Shown piece after piece: positions 53,691 through 64,000 of a DNA stretch of 64,000 nucleotides (the first letter of the stretch is position 1; each line of letters starts with the position of its first letter). The notes under the pieces were generated by a model, which saw only the letters and a list, made by a program, of their open reading frames with translations, was not told where the DNA came from and did no database searches. Source of the stretch: Octopus sinensis (Eukaryota). The stretch is taken from the NCBI RefSeq assembly GCF_006345805.1, contig NC_043015.1:2604001-2668000 (forward strand). The letters run 5' to 3'. Made by a program: the position numbers and the translations under genes.

Positions 53691-54929
53691 CGGAGATAAT
53701 TTGTGATTTGATGTGTTTCCGTGAATGTATTTTTTCTCTTCTTTCTAATTTTCCTTTCGAGGTGAAAAAGAGCTTTGAAGTATATACAGAAGATTTACAT
53801 CGTTTTTATGTGAACTATCATTAAGCGACGGGATTTTTATCTATGTGATATTATCTATAAGATAATATCAATTGGGTTGATATTAAAATAACCGCTTTTA
53901 CGTTCGATCGTTTCTCATTAATGCAAACTTCCTTTCCTTTATTACCTCAATTATAGACTTGCACTTAGTTAACATAGCTCATACGATCGATAACATTTTC
54001 TAAGCGGTTCCTGTTTCCGAAACTTTGATTGTGTGCAATGTATTTCGCGAGTATTTATTACGATTTGAACTTCCTTTGGTAGCTTTCTTTATTATTTGAA
54101 CAGAAGAGCTATTTATCAAAACATACATGAATCATATTATCTAAATTTCTGAAGCTTAATGTCAATCAAAGAGCAATGTATACAAATAACATACAAATAT
54201 TATTTGAGTAGGTGTAGGAGACAAATAGAAAGTAAGCATTTGTCGTTCTTGGGGCTATGGTTATGCGATTGGGTTTCTGTGTCTTATCTTGATTAAACTG
54301 ATAAACCTGTAAGGTTTAGGAGGTGAGGCATGAACAATCGTTAGACCGCCGGAATCGCATCGAACGAGTAATTGATTACAGATTTTTTCCGTTCTGACTT
54401 CAAATACAATCGTCATCAACTCTGTAATTCATCCAACAAGGAGTCGATTAAATAGTGCACAAATAAAGTACTGAAGGCAAGAGAATCGACTAAACTACTC
54501 CCACGTCAGTTCAGTCATTGAAACCATTAGTAGCATTCTATAAATACTACTCAGAGTATGTGTTGGAGGAATTACACAAGTTTAAGGATTTTCTCCATAA
54601 CAATTGATTCTAGAATCGAAGTGACAAAAGTAAATATGTTTGCAGAGGACAGAAAGAAAAATAAAAGTTGAGTTAGTTTATTGTCTTTGTAATCTTATAT
54701 CACAATAAAGTAGAAACTGAAGCATTTCATAAAACTGAGTAAGATCAGAACGTAGCCAGGGACTTGAAGATATTGTGGAAGTCTATGTTGACAATTGTCC
54801 GCTTGGTAATTGTGAGACCTGCCAGAAGAGTCAAAATGCTATATAACAAACTGAAATATAATAGCTTGCGTATCTGCAACTTAATGCTGTATTGTATTCT
54901 ACTAGAATCCTACAAAATATGCTTGAAAG

Positions 54930-54987
54930 AGATAACGATAATGACGACGACGACGACGACGAAGATGACGATGGTGATGACGACGGC

Positions 54988-55031
<44 letters not shown>

Positions 55032-55062
55032 CGACGACGGCGATGATGATGATGATGATGAC
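54930..55062. repeat. (GAT/GAC)n microsatellite
   Basis: Direct observation. Confidence 0.95.
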
Positions 55063-55159
55063 CATTGTGTTAAAGTGCGAATGATGGCAGGTGGTGTGCC
55101 AAAACCAGGCGTAATGATGATATGTAGTCATTGTTACAATATATAATGGCATAGAAAAT

Positions 55160-55760
55160 GTTCCTGAAGGACTGCATTGTCTGTAGACGAACTGATATAA
55201 ACGTTGTCAATACAATTAATGTAGAAGGATTTATACAAGGAGATTTGAATGACCTTTAATATCGATATACTTCCAAGCCAGAACCAAGGAAGAAGACAGT
55301 CATACAGGCCAGCGGCTTAATTATTTTTATAAGAAAGCGCCGCTGTTCATACTGAGTCTGGTAAATAGAATATGGGTCAATATCACGCAAGTTGTTGCAT
55401 TTTACGCCACAAACTGGTTGTAAATAAGATATCGTTAAAGGAACAAGTTCGGGTGAGGAAAGCTTGAGTCCGTATAAACATAAAATTTGCACCATATCTC
55501 AAAAGGCCATGTAGGTTTTGCACTTTGTGTATCACGATCTGTATTTCACCAGTCGAATGGAGAATCTCTGTATAATTTCATCAGTGAAGTAGTCTTGGTA
55601 TCTTCAGGTAGATAATGTTAAATAATGTGGTTAAAGAGCAGCCAATGCAGCCATTTCTAGCGTGACTTTGTATTTGTAATCGAGAGACGGGAACCTGTTT
55701 AAGCGAAAACTGAACTATGTGAATTTTCATCAAGATCACTAGGAACACCAACATGCTTAC
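55160..55760 (-). mobile_element. Decayed LINE RT fragment (RTE-like)
   Basis: Minus strand near 55610-55660 reads RNGCIG..LTTLFNI (compare RQGCxLSPTLFNI); LYGLKLS downstream. Confidence 0.45.
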
Positions 55761-55930
55761 ATGTACCTGTTAATGCTGCATAGAAATGTACACTAGCAAT
55801 TTTCAGCGCATTTCATCCATGCACGTGATACGATACTCAATTTATTGTTTTTTCTAATCAAGAGAATGGCATAACCGTATACTTTTTCAGTTCTATATTT
55901 AAGGGATGAGGAATTATATACATTATGTAT

Positions 55931-56130
55931 GTTAATTAAATTTCCTTAAATCCTTAAAAATGTTTTAGCCCGAAGGCCACGGCCATGCTGGGGCACCACC
56001 ACTGAAAAAGAAAGAAGGGAATGCTTATAGCAGCTAGGTTTCCAAAGCGGTCACCCATCTAAGTACTAACTAGGCTCGATGTTGCTTAACTTCGGTGATC
56101 GGACGAGAACCAGTGCTTTCAAGGGGATAT
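55931..56130 (-). mobile_element. 5S-rRNA-headed SINE-like unit (SINE3-type)
   Basis: 5S-like head, pyrimidine linker, GGTGGTGCCCCAGCATGGCCG tail (as in SINE A and LINE 48432-48480), then (TTTAAGGA)2; interrupts a Penelope-like repeat. Confidence 0.65.
56021..56130 (-). pseudogene. 5S rRNA-derived sequence, ~10 nt 5'-truncated and diverged
   Basis: Minus strand: ATATCCCCTTGAAAGCACTGGTTCTCGTCCGATCACCGAAGTTAAGCAACATCGAGCCTAGTTAGTACTTAGATGGGTGACCGCTTTGGAAACCTAGCTGCTATAAGCAT; has the hallmark 5S CTCGTCCGATC, box A (AGTTAAGC) and box C (GATGGGTGACC). Confidence 0.92.
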
Positions 56131-56257
56131 TTGACGAATATTTGTCCTCATCTTGGTTGTTGTTAACACAACGTTTCGGCTGATATACCCTCCAACCTTC
56201 ATCAAGTGTATTGGGGAAATTTCAAACCTGGGTTATCCTTCCTAAGATATTTTTCGA
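56131..56257 (-). mobile_element. Penelope-like pLTR fragment; inverted partial copy at 56470-56513
   Basis: Same family as 3365-3520; ttgacgaatatttgtcctca is mirrored by tgagggcaaatatccgccaa beyond the (TTC)n tract. Confidence 0.7.
56165..56210 (-). ncRNA. Minimal type I hammerhead ribozyme motif (C3U variant)
   Basis: Stem I ACAC/GTGT; core TTGATGA; stem II GGTTG/CAGCC; GAAACGTT with palindromic ACGT replacing helix III, as described for PLE minimal hammerheads. Confidence 0.7.
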
Positions 56258-56319
56258 CCTTCTTCTTCTTCTTCTTCTTCTTCTTCTTCTCCTTCTTCCT
56301 TTTCTTCATCTTCTTCTTC

Positions 56320-56350
<31 letters not shown>

Positions 56351-56452
56351 CTTCTTCTTCTTCTTCTTCTCCTTCTTCTTTTCTTCATCTTCTTCTTCTT
56401 CTTCTTCTACTTCTTCTTCTTCTTCTTTTCCTTCTTCTTCTTCTTCTTCTCT
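56258..56452. repeat. (TTC)n microsatellite
   Basis: Direct observation. Confidence 0.95.
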
Positions 56453-56695
56453 CCCCCTCCTCCTTCTTATTGAGGGCAAATATCCGCCAAACGTCAATAA
56501 TGTAAATAATGTAAAATGTGTACGTATATTTTTACATATTATCGTCAAGAAAAATACGCTACCGTAAAAAACAATTCTCATATGAACAACAAAATCATAT
56601 ACTTATGCAAACGAGCCTATGTATATACACACACACATATGTATGTATGTAAGTATGCATGTGTATATGTGTGTATAGGTATGTGTATATATAAA

Positions 56696-56750
<55 letters not shown>

Positions 56751-56766
56751 TATACATATATATATA

Positions 56767-56804
<38 letters not shown>

Positions 56805-56841
56805 TATATATATATATATACATATATATACATATATATAC

Positions 56842-56889
<48 letters not shown>

Positions 56890-57499
56890 GTATATATGAG
56901 TGTGTGTATGTGTATGTGTGTGTCTGTGTGTCTGTGTCTGCACACTTGTGGTATGCTGAAGAATTGGGTAAGATGACTATGAATGAATTATATTAAACCT
57001 GTGACATTTTGCGCCCATCAATTTCTACCCTCATTAATAAATATCGTGTTTGCTTCCAAGTAAACTGTCATGTGTTTGTTGGAAGAAAATTTCAAAGGTA
57101 ACAAGCAGGGATTTCTTCCGAAAATTACGAAACTCTGGCAACGTCATCCTATCAATCCCTTGCTGAAAAGATTTTCGCACCTCACGACATTCATGCTAAC
57201 ATTATTGTAACAAAAAAAAAATCAGATTTTAGCGTTACCAGAGGTGCCTGTGTCGACAGCTTATTTTAGGAGGAGAAGGGATAATCTGACCTAAGGTTTG
57301 GGTATCCTGCAACTGCAGTCACAAACGCCGAACAAAAACATATGTTAGACATATGACCTAGCACGACAGGAAGAAATGTGTGGAGCGTTTTGACCTAATT
57401 CCATTATCGTATTTTGCTCGCCCTATGATCTGTTCAGTGAAACCTAGTGCGTGCATGGGTGCGTACGCAGATTCACGTACACACACTTATATGCACACT

Positions 57500-57553
<54 letters not shown>

Positions 57554-58839
57554 AATATACTTACATATATATAGAGAGAAATAGATAGACAGATATACAC
57601 ACATATGCACATGTACACACACACACGTATATATATATATATATATATACCTGTTGTGCAAGATTTATTGGCTAAACTGGCAAAATGACCATTCCGAAAG
57701 ATAACAATATATATATATATATATACATATATACATACATACATACATACATACACGCACACACACATACACACACACACATATATATATACATATATAT
57801 ATATACACACGTATATTTATTAGTTAAAGAAGTTCTTCAGAACCTCATGACATAATTATTCTCCCCTTTCACAAAGAGCTTTAACGTAGCTATAACACAG
57901 ACTTAAACCTAGTAACTCAATGTCTATAAAAACAAAATAAAATAAAATAAATTGTAACATGTTATTTCCTATTAGTATAATTTCCTGGAAGGAATTACTT
58001 GTCTGACTGCAATTTCCTCTGCAATACTTATTTCCCCTTATTTGCTTTCCTGATTAGGTGTGTGTACATACGCCTTTCCGTCAGTGTATATTTGGGATAC
58101 ACTATGAGTATGTGCTTATGCATGTGTCTATTACATACAAATTGAAAGAGGGATATGCCTATGCAAGTATTAGGTTTTTCTGGTTATATGATTTTATATT
58201 TGATTTTTCCTTTTTCCATCTTTATTTTATTCTCAAGTATTGTGTTATTTGGTATAATTCCTATTTGAATATTTCCGTCCGTAAGTAATTTATGAATGTA
58301 TTGTTTATTATTTTCAGCGTTGCTATTTCTCTATATTCTTGTTTTGTTTATTTTTTTATATTCCCCCACATATATCTCTTTGCTCTCGTATATAAAATCA
58401 TATATTCCAAAATATTCTAAGAACTTAAATAGAATTATATTATTTATTTCTCCCCTGTATATAAAATATTATAAATGTTTGGTTTGGTACGTTGTTGTGT
58501 TTGCCTTATTAATTCTATATGAATGCAATTTATGCATCAATGCTCTCAGCACATCATTTCGTTATTTTCTGATTGAGCATGAAGTTTCATAAAACGAACA
58601 AATATGTAAGACATATACGAACAATATATACGCACACTTACTCTAGCACATAAACATACACACGCCAGAACATATATGCACGCGCAAACAGACGTGCGCG
58701 CGTACTTAAAGCAAATATGCATTATGTGTAAAAATATTTGTGCTGAGCATTGTATTAAAGCTATTTTAAATACGTATTTTTAAGCATCGTTACACTTACA
58801 TATATGCTAAAATTACTGAGAGAAAACACATCAAACGTA

Positions 58840-59756
58840 CAGAGTGTTCGGTTAAATCTGATGAATTTTATGACTCGTTTATTTTTTCAGGAACATCGTA
58901 ATGTATTGCTGAACCTTCGACGGCGTTCGAGAGCACAAAATGAAAATGCATAGTTGAGCTGTTTGTTGACACAGAGGTTTGGAAATTGTTTGAATATTGG
59001 TAAGGATGTAGCTCTATAATAACGATTCAATCTGAGTGCCAGAATGCCAAGGTCCTGACCGATGCTCAATGCACTCTGAATACACTATAAGGGTTGTAAG
59101 ACGTGACAAGGCGAGCTGCAACAAGTGTACGAAACTTTGGCTAGCAGGACGTCACATCAGCCTTTCTGACTCAATCTGCAAACCAGAATTTTCATTTAAC
59201 AACTACAAAGCTAAAATTCAAACGGAAACGTGAATCTGCCGCATACTGTGTTGAATTCCTAGCTGGAAAGGTTTATTAATCGAAGGGCATATGCCTGGTA
59301 GTAGGAATACAGTTCTTGTCATACCTTTGGAAAGATCAACAGTGGTTTCTCTACAACATCACCAGGCATAGTTTCAGGCATCTTAATCCCCAAGGTTATA
59401 GCCCAATCCCTATCGACTACTCTGCGTGGGGATTAGCTGAGAAAGTCACCAATCAATCGCATTGCTTGCAAGACCAAGTTGTACTGTTGGTACATAACAC
59501 GGTGGCGTCCGAAATTGTTCAGATGGACACAGTCTGAAACGAATGAAACCGGGCTTCAGGGTCGTTTCTCCTGTTGTATTGAAAGCTGGGGGAGATTAAT
59601 TTTAGTAAAATGTTTCGCCTCATACTACCTATTAAAATGCTTTTAATTTTTGAAAAAATTACTTTGAATATTGGATGGAATATTTTCTTTTCTTTTCTTT
59701 TATTTCATGCTAAAAGTGAAACTGAGCCTGAACTCTATATATGTGAACACTCCTGC
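58840..59756 (+). mobile_element. Tc1/mariner-superfamily element, internally deleted and decayed
   Basis: PIPIDYSAWGLAEKVTNQSH (compare SPDxNPxDYxxWG); putative TIR ends TA-CAGAGTGTTC and GAACACTCCTG. Confidence 0.7.
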
Positions 59757-61935
59757 ACACATACTGTTTTTGATAAATGGTATTTGGTTGAACTAGAAAG
59801 CTATTGCTAAACTCTCGCAGCTATTTAAAAGATAATGGCTTTTAATTCGTCAAACGTCACAAGACACTTCTCAACTATGATTCATTTGTGAAAGGAGGTC
59901 GTAACCTGCATGCACTACAACATATGCAATTTGCCTTTCAATCTATTGGTTAGAATTTACATATTTCTGTTATTTCGATTATTGTTTATAAATTATCATA
60001 TTACCTATAACAATATTCCCTGTACAGATTTTAAATTGCATAACACATTCACAGACACGCACAATCAAAATTATACACTCAGGAAATAATTATTCGTAAT
60101 TTATTAAAATACGATGAAAGTTAATTGCTATAATTCAAGTTTATGAATATATATGCTTTCTGTCAATTTTGTAAGTTGAAGTACTTGTGAGAATATGTTT
60201 TCTATTGTAGAACTAATTAACTTTTATATGAAAGTTTATGTTATGTAGATTTCATTGTGTAATTGTCACTTATAAATCAACAGGTTTCTAAATATGTATA
60301 AGTTTATCGATTCGTATAACATTAAATATGATTATCTGGTCTGGTCGGGCTTAAGGAGATGGGAACATATTCAAATCGTGATATCTACGTCATTAAATCT
60401 ATTTTCTATTTCATTATGTGCATTAATAAACACAAGTAGAACCAACAGTTGGAAGATATACGCTTTGCTATTATTGCATAAAAGGTTCGATACAATTGCT
60501 TGGCGCGATAGACTACTGTCTTTTTGCCCCATAACTTTAGGTCGATACAACGCTTGTGAATGAAAATAGACGGTATCTATATGGACACACGATAATCCCT
60601 ATAATTCATCTCTACTTATGAGCCAAATTACTAGTTTTTCTTATTTATATTGCAGTAATTATTATTAAAATGTAGATAACAAATGCGCGTATATAACGAA
60701 TACTTATCCAAATTTAAGAGATGTATGAGGCTACTGAATTTCGGAATTCGAACTCGATGTAGAAGTTCTAAATATTAATTTTTCTAGGTAAAATTGATAA
60801 TCATTTTATAAATTTCAAACTCGTACACATACAATATCCACACCAACGTTCCATGGAAAATTCTCACATATAGCATGAACAACAGCGTGCTTCTTATCCT
60901 CCTTGTCTATAGACATTATATCTCAAACAACAGCGCTTACTCACACAGTGAAGTAATTATTCGTAATACGTTTACTGATAAATTATTTCTTTCATTCACC
61001 TCATATATTAAGCTACTGCATTGTTCCTAATTAATTAACCAAACGCATAATATGACATGCGCTAAGCACTGTAAAACGAATTATCGACTCAAATATATAT
61101 AAACAGCCATATAACAGTTGTTTATAATTATCAGTTAAAACGAATTTTGTTACTGCTGAGGTTAAAATATCTTATTACGAGCTATTGGGCAAATAACGGT
61201 TTAGTAATATATTTCTCCATTCTCATTGCATTGTAGATCAATATGTCAATTAGGAAAACTAACAAGCAAAGCACATTTGTCTAACACACTGTGTATGAAA
61301 CAAGTAGTTAAATGGGAAATAATTGCTGTGCCAATAGTACATAATTTCATCAAATATTCGCACGCAACATAGGGCATTCAACAACTGAGCAAATCTGTTA
61401 TGTTCCATATATTTTTGATGTCGAACTAACATCGTCGTTTGTGTTTTGTATATTATTGTATTCTGCTGAAACGCATCTCCAACACATTGTATTAGTTATG
61501 CAATTAGAATGACGTCGACAAAATCCTGTCGTTTTCTTAATCGTTTTTAAAAAGTATGTTATCAGTAGAGACTACACCGCGTAGAGAAATTAATAATTGT
61601 CGGATTTGTAACAGAGCGCCATAGTAGACGTGTATAAGTTGCTTTTCGAAAATATATTGCACACGATGCGAACAAGGACGGTGGGCGTTACCTCTAACAT
61701 CGTAAAAAAGTAATACACTTACGTATATTACAACAGTTGCAGAAAAATCATCCACCGTAATGAATATGGTTTTAATATAGACATGTATAATCGAGCTAAC
61801 ATTATTTTCGGACACATTCGTTCACACATACGCATAACTACTGATATATAGTCAAACATAGACAATAAAAGGTATGACTACAATACTCGTATAAATATGA
61901 AGAGCATAAATAGGGGCTTCACATGAAGCATCTTT

Positions 61936-61976
61936 TTATTGCTCCATCAGATAATATATCTGATAAGGAGCAATAA
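61936..61976. repeat. Short hairpin
   Basis: TTATTGCTCC-ATCAGATA / TATCTGAT-AA-GGAGCAATAA. Confidence 0.75.
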
Positions 61977-63533
61977 TATATCTCATGAATAGTGCATTAA
62001 CATTTCTTACATAAAAAAAATAAATAAACATTCCATTATAGAAGAAAAACACAGAATTTCCAAATACTAATTATCTCAAACTCCCAAGAATCTGAGCTCG
62101 CGTACAAATACCCTAAGCTAAATATTACCACCACAGAGCAGTAATAATAAGCTTGTATAAATTATACGCCATCACACGTATTCCATTAAGTTCATTCCGA
62201 GGAGATATGGAGATACATATATAAATAATCGACATAGCAAGAAATAACGTATGGTAATGTTACATAGAACAGAAAATAGAACAAGGAAATAGCATTTTAA
62301 AACACATCGGAAATGGATTATTGCCTCCGCTACTTCTCAGCTGCGGGATAAAATTTCTGAAAACAACGTCAAATGAAATGTGAATTTTGTGGCAGGAAAA
62401 TTAAATAACGTTTCAATAATTTCGTTCAACTCTTTCATCGATATGCCAAGGAGCGCAGCTGTTAGTTTTGAGATAAAGAAAGAAAAAAATACTGTTTACT
62501 TTGAATCAGAGCTAAGAGAAAAGCTAATTAAAGGCAGATCAACGAATGATATTTAAAATTTAATTTTCAGTTAGTGAGGTTTAAATAGCTTGGGTTTTCT
62601 CTTTCTTTTTCTTTTGTTCTCTTCTTTTATCTTGATTTTTAATTTTTTGTGTTCTTTGTAATGTTTTCTCTTCGCTTTATTTACACTATACTGAAAATTA
62701 GTAAGCGTAATGTGTGTGGAAATTAGCTGCACTCTTCTCTATATCATAATTACGTTGATAAATTCATACGTGCCTACACAAACGCATACATACATACATA
62801 CACACATGTACATTTACATATACATTTCTATATAACACAGAAGCTACATACACGCACATACACATGCACGGATACATATACGCACGGAGAAAAACATAGA
62901 TATAGGTATACGCAGTTGCACGAACATAGCGATACGTATGCGATGGAGTAAAATAACACTAATCAATTTCTGCTCTTCCACTATCACCTCTCGTCCGGGA
63001 ATTTGAACTTGAAATCGATAACTGTCACATCGATTAAAACGTGTAGCTCATCTACTATACATTGTGCTGTATTTGTCTCATAAACTAGATTTGAATGGCT
63101 TGGTTTTATTACCGTTACACAAGTTAGAAATCAATGAGCAAAATGTGTATTTTTCGCTCACAATGTCATCATAGTCAGTTATTAGACTTTATCAATGGAA
63201 CTACATCTCCAATGCTAAATCCATATTAGCAGGAATCGAGTTAATTTGATTATTCGAAATATTTACTTCCTCAATCCCAGATGTTAAAGATTAAACTTCT
63301 GCAAGTTTAAACAATATCAAAACTAATCCAAATAAAATTAACCTCTTTACAGTATACTTGCTCTTTTGTACTTTTACGTCAGATTTGCAAAGATGCTTCG
63401 GCAAATGTTGAACGATCGTACACTGTGAATGCTTGTACATACATATCGCAGATTAAATAATTAATGGCTTTTGCATCCTCCTCCTTTTGTATAAGCATGT
63501 ATCAATGTTCCTATACATATGTGCTGAAAACAA

Positions 63534-63627
<94 letters not shown>

Positions 63628-63670
63628 GACCGCACACATATATCTCTATGTATGTATGTATGTATGTATG

Positions 63671-63724
<54 letters not shown>

Positions 63725-64000
63725 TATATACGTATATACATCTACACATATGCATTATTATTATATATATATATATATATAATATATATATACATAAATA
63801 TATATATATACATATATGTGTGTGTGTGTATATATATATAGATATATATACATACATATATATAAAGAGAGAGAGAGAAAAAGAGAAACAGAGAGAGAGA
63901 GAGTATATCCCAGCTGTTTCATGAATTAGAGTAAATGCCAGCTGTTTCTCTAAATATACATGCCTTATCATAACATGGATTTTTTAAAAATATAATCTCT

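Noticed and set aside
54764-55152. Poly-D/poly-M ORFs (also poly-I at 41291-41727 and 53007-53319, poly-S/F/E/K at 56206-56581)
   Set aside because: Trinucleotide microsatellites with no flanking coding signal.
56021-56130. Functional 5S rRNA gene
   Set aside because: 5'-truncated, diverged, single copy, and inserted within another repeat.

Overview
AT-rich, microsatellite-dense eukaryotic DNA, most likely a long intron or intergenic region of an octopod cephalopod (organism inferred from my recall of the SINE families, not from a search). I recognise no host protein-coding gene. Almost all ORFs in the track are translations of (TA)n/(CA)n/(AAT)n/(TTC)n repeats or decayed transposon fragments. 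The window holds at least four tRNA-type SINE families, decayed LINEs (RTE, CR1/L2-like, R4/Dong-like), Tc1/mariner remnants, a complete non-autonomous Helitron and an exact 438-bp tandem duplication. The main unexplained signal is a set of short, mutually unrelated non-coding elements, mostly sitting in microsatellite tracts, that form fold-back (inverted-repeat) structures and carry recognisable hammerhead-ribozyme cores. This is the signature of Penelope-like pseudo-LTR or retrozyme-type elements, and one of them may be a G3-C8 core-swapped variant. A 5S-rRNA-headed SINE-like unit, whose tail matches a LINE 3' end in the window, is inserted into one of these elements. Two minus-strand CAG|GT sites resemble recursive or distant-branch-point splice sites. 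Boundaries of decayed repeats are approximate and were read by eye.
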